This document shows positions 38,303 to 48,434 of a stretch of DNA of 64,000 nt, piece by piece; position 1 is the stretch's first letter, and each line of letters opens with the position of its first letter. The notes under the pieces were generated by a model. It did not search any database, had not been told where the DNA came from, and worked only from the letters and a program-made list of their open reading frames with translations. The translations under genes were made by a program, and so were the position numbers. Source of the stretch: an uncultured delta proteobacterium (GTDB lineage Bacteria > Myxococcota_A > Polyangia > Polyangiales > JAFGIB01); the NCBI GenBank assembly GCA_963778655.1, contig CAVZVA010000009.1, forward strand, positions 1,024,001-1,088,000. The letters run 5' to 3'.

Positions 38303-39130
38303 ATGGCGACGACGCATCTGCCGGTGATCGGCGGCCACCCCACGGGTCCGGCCACGACCACGAGGACCGACAGCTGGTGGCTCGGTCCGACCGCGGTTTT
38401 CGTCTATCTCTCGGTGCTCGTGGTGTACCTGACCTGGGCGGCGTTCCAGGGCGAGTTCTACTTCGTTGCGCCGTACTTGAGCCCGGTCTACGCGCCGGTG
38501 CTGTTCTCGTCCGACTCGGCCCGCGCGGCGATGCCCGTCGCGGATGCCTGGTTCGGGGCCTGGCCCGCGTGGTGGCCCGGCTTCGTGCCTGCGAGCCCGG
38601 CGCTGCTCGCCTTGGTCGGGCCGGGCCTGCTGCGCTTCACCTGTTACTACTACCGCAAGGCGTACTACCGCAGCTTCGCCGGCTCGCCGCCAGGCTGTGC
38701 GGTCACGCCCATTGCCCGCCGTGGCTATCGCGGGGAGACCGCGCTGCTGTTGTTCCAGAACCTGCACCGCTACGCGATGTACATCGCGATCATCTACCTG
38801 CCGATTCTGACCTACGACGCACTGGCTTCGTTCGTGCGCGACGGTCAGCTCGGCATCGGCGTGGGCAGCATCGTGATCAGCGTGAACACCCTGCTGCTGG
38901 CCGGCTACACCTTCGGTTGTCACTCCTTCCGCCACTTGGTGGGCGGCGGTGACGACTGCATGTCGTGCGGTCAGAGCACCACCAAGCTCAAGCTGTGGAA
39001 GTTCTCGACCTGGTTCAACGAGCGCCACATGTGGTACGCGATGGTGAGCCTGTTCTGGGTCGCGTTCGCGGATTTCTACGTGCGCATGGTCGCCATGGGC
39101 GTGATCCACGACCCCAACACCTGGAACTAA
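38303..39130 (+). CDS. Succinate dehydrogenase membrane anchor, mycobacterial Sdh1-like
   Basis: YLSPVY, RFTCYYYRKAYYRSF, QNLHRY, YTFGCHSFRH, NERH; lies directly upstream of sdhA. Confidence 0.85.
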   Translation: MATTHLPVIGGHPTGPATTTRTDSWWLGPTAVFVYLSVLVVYLTWAAFQGEFYFVAPYLSPVYAPVLFSSDSARAAMPVADAWFGAWPAWWPGFVPASPALLALVGPGLLRFTCYYYRKAYYRSFAGSPPGCAVTPIARRGYRGETALLLFQNLHRYAMYIAIIYLPILTYDALASFVRDGQLGIGVGSIVISVNTLLLAGYTFGCHSFRHLVGGGDDCMSCGQSTTKLKLWKFSTWFNERHMWYAMVSLFWVAFADFYVRMVAMGVIHDPNTWN

Positions 39131-39132
39131 CA

Positions 39133-40978
39133 ATGGATGTTTCGGAGATTCAGACCGTCGAGCTCGACGTGGTCGTCATCGGTGCCGGCGGCGCAGGGCT
39201 GCGCGCGGCCATCGGCTGCAGCGCGCACGGCCTCAAGACCGGCGTGTTGTCCAAGAGCCTGCTCGGCAAGGCGCACACCGTCATGGCCGAGGGCGGCATG
39301 GCCGCCGCGCTCGGCAACGTGGACAAGCGCGACAGCTGGAAGGTGCACTTCCGCGACACCATGCGCGGCGGCAAGTTTCACAACGTCTGGCGCATGGCCG
39401 AGCTGCACGCCAAGCAGGCTCCCGACCGCGTGATGGAGCTGGAGGAATGGGGCGCGGTCTTCGACCGCACCAAGGACGGGCTGATCAGCCAGCGCAACTT
39501 CGGCGGTCATCGCTACCCGCGGCTGGCGCACGTCGGCGACCGCACCGGGCTCGAGCTGATCCGCTCGCTGCAGGACCACGGCGTGCACCAGGGCATCGAC
39601 TTCTTCATGGAGTGCACGGCGCTGCAGCTGCTCAAGGACGGCCAACGCGTCGCAGGCGTGGCTGCGTACCACCGCGACAGCGGACGCTTCCTGCTGCTGC
39701 GCTGCCGCGCGGTGATCCTGGCTTCGGGCGGCGGCGGCCGCTGCTGGCGCGTGACCAGCAACTCCTGGGAGTACACCGGAGACGGCCTGGCGCTGGCCTA
39801 CGACGCGGGCGCCGAGCTGATGGACCTCGAATTCACCCAGTTCCACCCCACCGGCATGGTCTGGCCGCCCTCGGTGCGCGGGACGCTGGTGACCGAGGGC
39901 GTGCGCGGGGACGGCGGCATCTTGCTCAACAACAAGGGCGAGCGCTTCATGTTCAAGTACATCCCCGAACGCTTCGCTCCGGAAACCGCGGACACGGTCG
40001 AGGAGGCCAACGATTGGCTCGCCGGCAAGGAAGGCGCGCGGCGGCCGCCCGAGCTGCTCACGCGCGATGTGGTTGCGCGCGCGATCACCGCCGAGGTCAA
40101 GGCCGGCCGCGGCTCGCCGCACGGCGGCGCGTTGCTCGACATCGCTTCGCGCCGGCCGGCCGAGTTCATCCAGCGCAAGCTGCCCTCGATGTACCACCAG
40201 TTCAAGGAGCTGGCCGAGGTCGACATCACCAAGGAGCCGATGGAGGTCGGACCCACGCTGCACTACTTCATGGGCGGCATCCGGGTCGACGCCGACAGCC
40301 AGATGACCAGCGTGCCCGGCCTGTTCGCGTGCCGGCGAGTGCGCCGCCGGGCTGCACGGCGCCAACCGCCTGGGCGGCAACTCGCTTTCGGACCTGCTGG
40401 TGTTCGGCAAGCTCGCCGCCGACGGCGCCGCGAGCTACGCGCGCGCTCTCTCGACCACGCCCGAGGCCGACGACGCCCAGATCACGCTCGCCTTCCGCAC
40501 CGCGACCGAGCCGCTCAACCGCGAGAGCGGCGAGAACCCCTACCTGCTGCAGGACGAGCTGCAGCAGATCATGGACTATCACTGCAACATCGTGCGCACG
40601 GGCGACGAGCTCAGGGCCGGCATCGACAAGCTGCAGCCGCTCAAGCAACGCGCGCAGCAGGTCAAGGCCCAGGGCGCGAGCCAGTACAACCCGGGCTGGC
40701 ATCAAGCGCTTTCGGTGCGCTCCATGCTGATCACCGCGGAGGCGGTCACGCGCGCTGCGCTCACGCGGGAGGAGAGCCGCGGTGCGCACACCCGGCTCGA
40801 CTTCGAGGGCGAGCGCGACGAGTGGCTCAAGTATCGCGTCGTGATCAAGAAGGGCGCGGATGAGACGATGCAAGTGGTCAAGGAAGAGAAGCCACCGGCG
40901 CCCAAGGCGCTCTCCGAGATCGCGTACTCCAAGATCGAGGATCTCGAGGCGGGCCGCGTCGGCGCGGAGGTGGAGTGA
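39133..40978 (+). CDS. sdhA: Succinate dehydrogenase/fumarate reductase flavoprotein; +1 frameshift at about 40332 (probable sequencing error)
   Basis: GAGGAGL, KAHTVMAEGG, QFHPTG, TEGVRGDG, HYFMGG; after the shift GECAAGLHGANRLGGNSL, ESRGAH. Confidence 0.9.
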
Positions 40979-41738
40979 TGGAGGATACCAAGCGCACCTT
41001 CCGCATCTGGCGCGGCGATGCCCAGGGCGGCGATTTCGTCACCTACGAGCCCGAGATCAGCGTGGGCATGGTGGTGCTCGACGTGTTGCACCAGATTCAG
41101 GCGAAGCAGGCCGGCGACCTCGCGATCCGCTGGAACTGCAAGGCTGGCAAGTGCGGCTCCTGCAGTATGGAGATCAACGGCATTCCGCGGCTCGCTTGCA
41201 TGACCCGCATGAACAGCTTCGAGCCTCACCAGACCATCACCGTGCAGCCGCTGAAGAGCTTTCCGGTGATCAAGGATCTGGTCACCGACGTCTCCTGGAA
41301 CTACAAGCAGAACCAGCGCATCGCGCCCTTCAAGCCCAAGCCGCCGGGGCCCGACGGCAAGCGGCGCATGTACCAGGAGGATGTCGACCGCGTTCAAGAG
41401 TTCCGCAAGTGCATCGAGTGCTACCTGTGCCAGAACACCTGCCACGTGCTGCGTGACCGCGGCGGCAAGGGCAAGTTCGTCGGGCCCGCGCTTCATGATC
41501 CGTCTGGCCGGGCCTGGAGATGAACCCGCTCGACGACGAGGATCGCATCCCCGAGGTGCGCAAGGAGTTCGGTTCCGGCTACTGCAACATCACCCGTTGC
41601 TGCACCGACGTGTGCCCCGAGCACATCAACATCACCGACAACGGCATCATCCCGATGAAAGAGCGCGTCGTCGACCGCTACTACGACCCGCTGCGCATCA
41701 TCGGCCGCAAGCTGTTCGGCATCCGCAAGCGAAGTTAG
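40978..41738 (+). CDS. sdhB: Succinate dehydrogenase/fumarate reductase Fe-S subunit; two +1 frameshifts at about 41484 and 41511
   Basis: NCKAGKCGSC, CIECYLCQNTC, CNITRCCTDVCP; removing two bases restores FVGPRFMIRLAGLEMNP. Confidence 0.88.
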
Positions 41739-41804
41739 TGAGCGGGGCGGGCACGCGCACGCCTACGGGCAACGCGCACTGCCGTGACTACCAGCCCCGT
41801 GCGG

Positions 41805-42365
41805 TCAGCGTTTGGCCCCCATGGCGATCCACTGCCGCACCGCGCAGCGCACGTCCTCGGGTAGCTGGGGCATGCCGGCCGGCATCCTGAAGCCCGGGTC
41901 ATTCGACTCCAGCCGCTGCTCGAGCACGCTGCATTCGGGCTTGCCGGCGACGACCCGTGCCCGGCCGTCCACCTTGCCGAGCAAGTAGTCGTAGCCTTGC
42001 GCGTTGTCGGAGAGCACCAGCCCGTCCTGGGCGCCGTCGGGTCCGTGGCAAGAGACACCGGTCTCGGGGGCGCCGCAGGTTTTGCGCAGTAGGTTGGTGT
42101 AGAGGGCCTGATACGAGGGGTCGAACGCGGGGGTGCAATCCAGCGACAGGGGGGGCTCGAGGCAGTGCTGGTCGCCGGCGTCGCTGGGGCCGGCTTCGAT
42201 CGGTCCGGCGTCCTGCGTTGCGGGGTTCGCTCCGCCACCGCACCCGCCAGCGATCGCCAGCAGCAGCGCGCAGCCAGCTGCGTAGCCATCGATTGCGCGT
42301 GTAGCGCGGCGCGCCGCGTAGCGTGCGGCCTGTGTGACGCCCGGGGGACACGAAAAGTGAGCCAC
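41805..42365 (-). CDS. Putative lipoprotein with cytochrome c-like domain (CX8CH); start uncertain
   Basis: LLLAIAGGC lipobox-like; LLRKTCGAPETGVSCHG..SVLEQRL..RMPAG..QWIAMGA. Confidence 0.6.
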   Translation of the reverse strand: MAHFSCPPGVTQAARYAARRATRAIDGYAAGCALLLAIAGGCGGGANPATQDAGPIEAGPSDAGDQHCLEPPLSLDCTPAFDPSYQALYTNLLRKTCGAPETGVSCHGPDGAQDGLVLSDNAQGYDYLLGKVDGRARVVAGKPECSVLEQRLESNDPGFRMPAGMPQLPEDVRCAVRQWIAMGAKR

Positions 42366-42519
42366 GTCTCTCTTATTCGCGCACTTTCTTAGGAGAGCCG
42401 CGTCCGTTTGACCATCCGATGAGCAGTCTGTATCCCAGGATTCTTTGGGGATGGTACGCACCGCTTCGGCTCGGATAGGACGAGCCCGTGGGTTAGCAGG
42501 GTGAAGGGAGTCGATTCAA

Positions 42520-43625
42520 ATGCAATCGTGGAAGGCGTGGATGCTGGCCGGCGCGCTGGCCTTCGTGGTGGTGGGGTGCGGCAGTAGCAAGAAGGCAACT
42601 CCTTGTCCGAAGGGGACCGCGGTAGGGGCGTCGGTCGCCTGCATGTGCGGGTCGATGACCGGCACGCAGGTGTGCCAGGCGACCATGACCCTGGGCGCTT
42701 GTGATTGCTCGGGCGGCGGTGGTGGCGGAGCCGACGGCGGCTCGGCCGGCACCGGGGGCATGAGCGCGAGCAGCGGGGGCACCACCGGCAGCAGCGGGGG
42801 CACCACCGGCAGCACCGGGGGCGCCAGCGGCAGCACCGGGGGTACCGGCGGCGGCGCCGGCGGCACGGCGGACGAGGACGGCGGCATGACCGCTGCGGAT
42901 TCGGGCACGGGCGGTGGCAGCGGAGGCACGGTCACACCGCTGCCGAGCGACGGCAACCAGCTCTCGGTCTGCACCATGGCCCAGGGCGAGTGCAACCAGG
43001 GCTTTGCCTGCTTCTCGCCAGGGGGCGGCGGCCAGGGCTTCTGCAGCAAGGTCTGCAGCATGGACTCCGATTGCGCGGGGCTGGCGCCCAGCGGCACGAC
43101 CTATACCTGTGGCGCAGCCAGTTTTGGCGGCACGACGCAGGTCTGCCAGATCCCCTGCACCGGCACCGACGACACCAGCTGTCCCACTGACATGGCGTGC
43201 ATGGCGACGGGCTTCACCGGAGGCGGCCAGGGGGGAGGCGGCCAAGGGGGGGCGCGACCGCTACCTATTCGTGCAAGTACACGGCCGGCGCGGGGATGCC
43301 TCCGGGCACCGCCAAGGAGTGGGAGAGCTGCATGGCCAGCACCGAGTGCGCCGACAACATGCTCTGCATCGGCGGTACCCCGGCATACGGCATGAATGCG
43401 GCCCGGCCCGGTCACTGCTCCACCACCTGCATGATGAGCTCGGACTGCACCACCAAGCCCAGCAGCGGCAGCATCGATCCCACCTGCGTGCAGAGCGGTC
43501 CGGGTGGAGGCGGCCAGATGGTGTGCGCGCTCAACTGCGCGATGATGACGATGGGCTGTCCGACAGGGATGAGCTGCGTCGCCGCGTTCGGCGGCAACGC
43601 GTCCTACTGCCAGATCAACAACTAG
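42520..43625 (+). CDS. Gly/Cys-rich lipoprotein split by a frameshift in a G7 tract at 43246-43252
   Basis: VVVGC lipobox; Cys-rich modules continue in the 43197-43625 frame (GGATATYSCKY...). Confidence 0.72.
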
Positions 43626-43769
43626 GACGGTTCTCGGGCAGGGCCTGCCGGCCTTACGGCGTGATGCCGCGGGGCCGGCTCGCCAGCGCGCTCGAACGGG
43701 CTCTCGAATGCTTCTGACATGGGCGCTATAAATGCTGTCGTTATAATGAGTTGACAGACAAATCTCGAC

Positions 43770-44360
43770 TCATTCTGGGCCGTGTTGGGGGCCCGACAGG
43801 GGGCCCCACATCTCCCAGAGCGGAACCGCGGCCATCACCAACATGCTCGCGGCAAGCAGCAGCCCGCTCACGCCGTAGAGCAGCGCCGCGCCGCCGGCTC
43901 CGCTGCGCACGACCCAGGGCGCGGCGATGTGGCCCGCGGTGCCGAGTGTGCCGAGCGTGATCCAGGCGAGCTTTGCGCGCTCGCTGCTGCGCGAGAGCAT
44001 GAACAGGTGCGACAGTATCAATAGATATACCGGCATGGAGAAGAGGTGGAAGTGGGTAACCTCGAGCAGCTTGCGCAGCGGCATCGGCTCCGCGGCCGGC
44101 TGCGCGTCGGCCTCGGGGGGCAGCTCGAGCACGGGGCCGCCGCCGGCGGGCGGGGTGGCCGCGGCGGCCGGCCCGGGGCGAGCCGCGGTGCCCGCGTAGT
44201 AGCTGTCCAGGCGCTTCAGGTCGAGCCCCACCATCGCCTGCCCCAGCCATGCGGTGAGGGCCAGCGCGAGCAGCGTGAAGGCGAGGAACACGGAGTAGAC
44301 GACGCGCGCGGCCAGCGGCAGGTTGCGCAGGCGACCGCGCGGACGCGTGAAGTCCTTCAT
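43770..44360 (-). CDS. Membrane protein (about 4 TM) with His residues in or near hydrophobic segments
   Basis: Hydrophobic segments; EVTHFHLFSM, LSHLF, AGHIA; 5 nt downstream of the FMN-binding gene. Confidence 0.7.
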   Translation of the reverse strand: MKDFTRPRGRLRNLPLAARVVYSVFLAFTLLALALTAWLGQAMVGLDLKRLDSYYAGTAARPGPAAAATPPAGGGPVLELPPEADAQPAAEPMPLRKLLEVTHFHLFSMPVYLLILSHLFMLSRSSERAKLAWITLGTLGTAGHIAAPWVVRSGAGGAALLYGVSGLLLAASMLVMAAVPLWEMWGPLSGPQHGPE

Positions 44361-44365
44361 CGGGC

Positions 44366-44953
44366 TCAGCGCGCTGCGAGCACCGCAGGGCTCTTGAGCA
44401 CCGCCTCGTCGAGCAGCACGGCGGCGCGCTTGACGCCAACACACATCGATCGCGAGGAGATGCTCGCGCCGCTGACCGCGTCGATGTCCCGTTCCGCGGC
44501 AAAGCCGCTACGCGCGTTGCGCCCCACGAACTGGCGCCTGAACCGCTCGGCGCGAATCCCGTCGCCGTAGGGCTCGCGATAGGCGAGGATCTCCACCCGC
44601 GTCACGCGGCCCTGGGGATCGAAGAAGGTACCGAAGCTGATTAGCTCGTGCTGGCCCCGCTCTTCGTCGAACAGCGCATAGCCGTCCACGTGCCCGCCGC
44701 TGGTGGCGACGTAGAACGTGTACTCGGGCTTCTGCAGGCGGCGACCCAGGCGCCGCTCGATGCGCGCGCGTGCTTCGGCGCCGGGGCGGACCTGCAGATA
44801 GGTCACGCGCGCCGACGCGTGGAACTGGTCCGCAAGCAACTGGCGGACGGTGAAGAACTGCTCGGCGTGCGCGGAGCCGGGGACTGCCCAGGCCAGGGCG
44901 AGCACCCCCCAAGCGAGCAAGACGGTTCGGTTACTGATAATGCTTTTCAACAT
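44366..44953 (-). CDS. Exported FMN-binding domain protein (flavinylation substrate)
   Basis: Signal peptide ending AHA; EILAYREPYG; IDAVSGASISS fits the [S/T]GA[S/T] flavinylation motif. Confidence 0.82.
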   Translation of the reverse strand: MLKSIISNRTVLLAWGVLALAWAVPGSAHAEQFFTVRQLLADQFHASARVTYLQVRPGAEARARIERRLGRRLQKPEYTFYVATSGGHVDGYALFDEERGQHELISFGTFFDPQGRVTRVEILAYREPYGDGIRAERFRRQFVGRNARSGFAAERDIDAVSGASISSRSMCVGVKRAAVLLDEAVLKSPAVLAAR

Positions 44954-45066
44954 CGTTTGAGGCCCTGAAGTTGTATCCACGGGAGGCGGAAGATCAAGGC
45001 CGAAACCGACTCTCGGAAGGACAATTCTGGCCGGATTTTCCGGCCAGGTAGGGGTTCTCAGATCCT

Positions 45067-45085
45067 GAAAATGATAGTCGATTTC
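45067..45085. promoter_or_regulatory. Fur-box-like site
   Basis: GAAAATGATAGTCGATTTC matches 14/19 positions of GATAATGATAATCATTATC in an otherwise GC-rich region. Confidence 0.55.
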
Positions 45086-45179
45086 AAAAAAAGCGGCAAC
45101 GGCGGCCGTCTTCGCATCGCGCGCCCCGCCATCAGAGGTCAAGCTCCTGCGGCGCCGCCGGGCGCCCGGGTGAGCTGGC

Positions 45180-46019
45180 ATGAGCATTCGAATCGCGCTG
45201 CGGACGGTGAGCCTCGAGAGCCGCCGCAGCCAGGAGATGGCGCGCCTGCTGGAACGCCACGGCATGTCGGTGCTGTCGGCACCTTCGATGCGCGAGGTGC
45301 CGCTCGGCGACCAGGCCCAGGCCTTCGCGTTCGGGGTCGCGCTCGAGCGTGGCGAGTGCGACCTGCTGGTGCTGTTGACAGGGGTCGGGGTGCGCGCGCT
45401 GCTCGCAGCGCTGCGCACGCGCTGGCCCGAGGCCGAGCTACTTGCCGCGCTCGGCCGCCTGACCCTGGTCTGCCGCGGGCCCAAGCCCGCGGCCGCGCTC
45501 AAGGAGCTGGGGCTCAAGCCGAGCCTGGTCGCCTCCGAGCCCAACACCTGGCACGAGCTGGAGCGGGTCATGCAAGGCCTGGAGCTGGCGAGCAAGCGGG
45601 TGTGGGTCCAGGAGTACGGTCGGCCCAACCCCGCGCTGCTCGCGGCGCTGCGTGCGCGCGGCGCCCTGGTCCACAGCGCGGCGGTCTACGCCTGGCAGCT
45701 ACCGGAAGACCTTGCGCCCTTGCGCCGCGCGATCGCCGCCCTGTGCGACGAGGGCGCGGACGCGGTGCTGTTCACCAGCGCGCACCAAATCGAGCACCTG
45801 CTGCAGGTGGCCGAGCAGCAGGGGCAGCGCGAGGCGCTGCTGTCCGCGCTGAGCCGGCGCGTGCTGGTCGCCTCGATCGGTCCGGTCACCAGCGAGGCCC
45901 TGCGCGAACGCGGCGTGCCCGCCGACCTCGAGCCCGAGCACCCGAAGATGGGTCATCTGATCAAGGCGTTGGCGCGCGACGGCCTGCGCCTGCTCGAGCG
46001 CAAGCGCGACTCGTGCTGA
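45180..46019 (+). CDS. hemD: Uroporphyrinogen-III synthase
   Basis: LESRR, LLTGVG, RGPKP, VYAW..P, FTSAHQ, SIGPVTSEAL, HPKMG. Confidence 0.85.
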   Translation: MSIRIALRTVSLESRRSQEMARLLERHGMSVLSAPSMREVPLGDQAQAFAFGVALERGECDLLVLLTGVGVRALLAALRTRWPEAELLAALGRLTLVCRGPKPAAALKELGLKPSLVASEPNTWHELERVMQGLELASKRVWVQEYGRPNPALLAALRARGALVHSAAVYAWQLPEDLAPLRRAIAALCDEGADAVLFTSAHQIEHLLQVAEQQGQREALLSALSRRVLVASIGPVTSEALRERGVPADLEPEHPKMGHLIKALARDGLRLLERKRDSC

Positions 46020-46074
46020 GCCAACTTGCCGGTGCCGGGTGTGCGCCCGCCATCGCTGCCGGGTGCGGCCGGGC

Positions 46075-48423
46075 TCAAGCTGCGGCCTGCGGCCTGCGCA
46101 ACGCCAGCACGGTCGGCAGCGCGAGCAGCAGCGCTGCGACGGCTGAAAGCGCGTTGTAGTCGGCCAGCAGCGGCAGCGCCGCGGCGGCCGGCACCGCCGC
46201 GGCGGCTCCCAGCGTGATGGCGGCCAGCCCAGCGGTGGCGCGCCGGGCGCTCGGCTCCGGGGCCTCGCCCGCGACCAGCGCGCGCGCCGATTGGGCCAGC
46301 GTGAACCCGAGCGCGGCCGCGGCCGGCGCGCCCGCCACGACCCACAGCAGGGCGCCGCGGGCCGAGAGCACGGCCAGCACCGGCGCCAGCCCGGTGGTGA
46401 GCAAGGCGAGCACCACCAGGGCCATGGCTGCGTCCGCGAGCGTGCGCCTGGCGGCGGCCTGCGCCGCGGGGCGTCGCCGGGCCAGCGCAAAGGCCGCGCC
46501 GCCGAGCATTCCGAGGGCCGCCAGCACGAAGCCCCGCGCCGAAACGGCGGCGAAGATCGCGAGCAGGTGGCTCAGCAAGGCGAAGCCCAGCGTGAGGGCA
46601 GCGCCCGAGCACGCCAGCGATAGCAGCTCGCGCAGCCCCGGGCCCACGGCCGAGGCCCGGACCCGCAGCCCCAGCAACAAGAGCAAGCCAAGCGCCGCGA
46701 TCGACCACAGCCCGGCCAGGCGCGGCAGAGCGGCACAGGCGGATTGCGCGCCGTAGGTGTCGGAGCGCGCGCAGCGCGTCAGCTCGAAGAACAGCGGCCG
46801 GTCGTCGCTGGCGACGCTGATGTCGAATACGTAGCCCTTCTGCATCGGCGGCACGCCCGGCCGGCTCGCGCGCGCGAACAGCTCGCCGAAGCGGTTCTGA
46901 AAGCCCGCGCCGGGCGTGTAGCGCAGCGCGGGAGAATCGAGCGGCCACTCGAACAGATCGAGCAGCAGCGGGTCGGTCTGCACGCTGCGGCGCTCCCGGT
47001 TGCGCTCGTGCAGCGCGAGCACTTCGTCGAGCTCGAGCGGCTTGCGCTTGATCAGCAGGGCGTAGGCGTTGCCGCTCTGGTGCACGACGATGTGGTTGTC
47101 GGGCTTGGGTTGGTCGAGCAAGCGCAACGCGGAGAAGGCCGTGCTGGCGAAGCGCAGCGCGGCCGGCTCCCCCTGCACGATGGCCGAGAGCACTCCGTCG
47201 GGTGCGAGCGCGCCGATCAGGTCGGCGAGCGCGGCGTCGGTCGGGAGCAGGGCTTCGGGCACAGGCAGCACGCCGGCCGAGAGCCGGTGCTTGTGGCCAC
47301 GGGCCGCGATCAGCACCAGGTCGTAGCCGTGCGTGCGGCGCGCCAAGCTGCGCGCGGAGGCGGCGTGGATCTGCACCCGTGGATCCGTGGCCGCGCCGTG
47401 CAGCAGGCGATCGAGCTCGCCACCGATCGCGGCGCGCAACGCTGCGCTGGGCTCTGCCACGTCGACGTGTTGGGCGCCGCGGCGCAGCGCGCACTGCAGC
47501 TCGAGCCCCCCGCCGAAGCCCGCGAGCAGCACTCGCGGCCGGGGCCGCGCGTACGGCTCGCTCAGCAGCGTGCCCTCGCACAGCGCCTGCAGCGCATCCT
47601 CGGTCGAGTTCCCGTTGCCGCGCACGACACCCGAGAGCGGCGCGGAGTCGCGCGCCAGCAACCCGAGCCGGCCGGCGCCGGCAGGCTTGCCCGCCAGCGT
47701 GAAGACTTGGAGGTGACCATAACCATCCCAGCGGCTCGACTGAGGGATCAGACGGACTCCGCTCTGGCTGAGGTGCGCGCGCAGCGCGGCGAGCCGCCCC
47801 AGCGGCGGCCCTTGCTCGGGCAGCGGCAGCGCCTGATGCGCGTCCAGCGCCGCCAGCAGCGCCGCCAGAAACGCGACGCCGCTCAGGCTCCAGACCGGAT
47901 CGCGGCGCTCGACGTGGGGCGCGCGCGCGCACAGCAGCGCCGCCAGCGCGGCGACCAGGCAGGCCTGCGCGAGCAGGGGCGCGGCGCCCAGCAGCTCGAG
48001 CGCGGGTAGGGCGAGCGCCGCACCGGCTGCCGCGCCCGCGAGCGCGGGCCAGATCGGCCCGGCCGCGGCCAGCGCGTAGCCGCCGACGCACAGCGGCAAC
48101 GCGAGCAGCAGGCCCGCGCCGCCGCTGGCGCCGAACACCGGCGTCAACCCGTGCGCCAGGCGCACCCAGGTCGCGCTCGCGCCGAGCAGCAGCAGCGCGT
48201 ACAGCGTCGTGGACCAGGCCAGCCTGCGCCGGGCAGCGCGCGGCTCTCGCGGCGGCGGCCGCAACGCCGCCAGCAGCGGTCCGAGCGCGAACCCGAGCGC
48301 GGCCACGGCGGCGCTCTGTTGCAGCTGCACGTCGTCGAGCGCCTGGGCGAGCACACGGCTGAACGCGCAGCTCCACGCCGAAAGCGACACGCCCAGCAGC
48401 AGCCGCGTCTCGCGCCCGCTCAT
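46075..48423 (-). CDS. Membrane protein with divergent spermidine-synthase-like SAM-binding domain
   Basis: TM bundle, VLLAGFGGGLEL..VAEP, DDRPLFF, C-terminal TM bundle. Confidence 0.68.
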   Translation of the reverse strand: MSGRETRLLLGVSLSAWSCAFSRVLAQALDDVQLQQSAAVAALGFALGPLLAALRPPPREPRAARRRLAWSTTLYALLLLGASATWVRLAHGLTPVFGASGGAGLLLALPLCVGGYALAAAGPIWPALAGAAAGAALALPALELLGAAPLLAQACLVAALAALLCARAPHVERRDPVWSLSGVAFLAALLAALDAHQALPLPEQGPPLGRLAALRAHLSQSGVRLIPQSSRWDGYGHLQVFTLAGKPAGAGRLGLLARDSAPLSGVVRGNGNSTEDALQALCEGTLLSEPYARPRPRVLLAGFGGGLELQCALRRGAQHVDVAEPSAALRAAIGGELDRLLHGAATDPRVQIHAASARSLARRTHGYDLVLIAARGHKHRLSAGVLPVPEALLPTDAALADLIGALAPDGVLSAIVQGEPAALRFASTAFSALRLLDQPKPDNHIVVHQSGNAYALLIKRKPLELDEVLALHERNRERRSVQTDPLLLDLFEWPLDSPALRYTPGAGFQNRFGELFARASRPGVPPMQKGYVFDISVASDDRPLFFELTRCARSDTYGAQSACAALPRLAGLWSIAALGLLLLLGLRVRASAVGPGLRELLSLACSGAALTLGFALLSHLLAIFAAVSARGFVLAALGMLGGAAFALARRRPAAQAAARRTLADAAMALVVLALLTTGLAPVLAVLSARGALLWVVAGAPAAAALGFTLAQSARALVAGEAPEPSARRATAGLAAITLGAAAAVPAAAALPLLADYNALSAVAALLLALPTVLALRRPQAAA

Positions 48424-48434
48424 GGCGCTTGGTA

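Noticed and set aside
43725..43760. AT-rich patch containing TATAAT and TTGACA
   Set aside because: The elements are in the wrong order for a promoter and lie between convergent genes; no support for a function.
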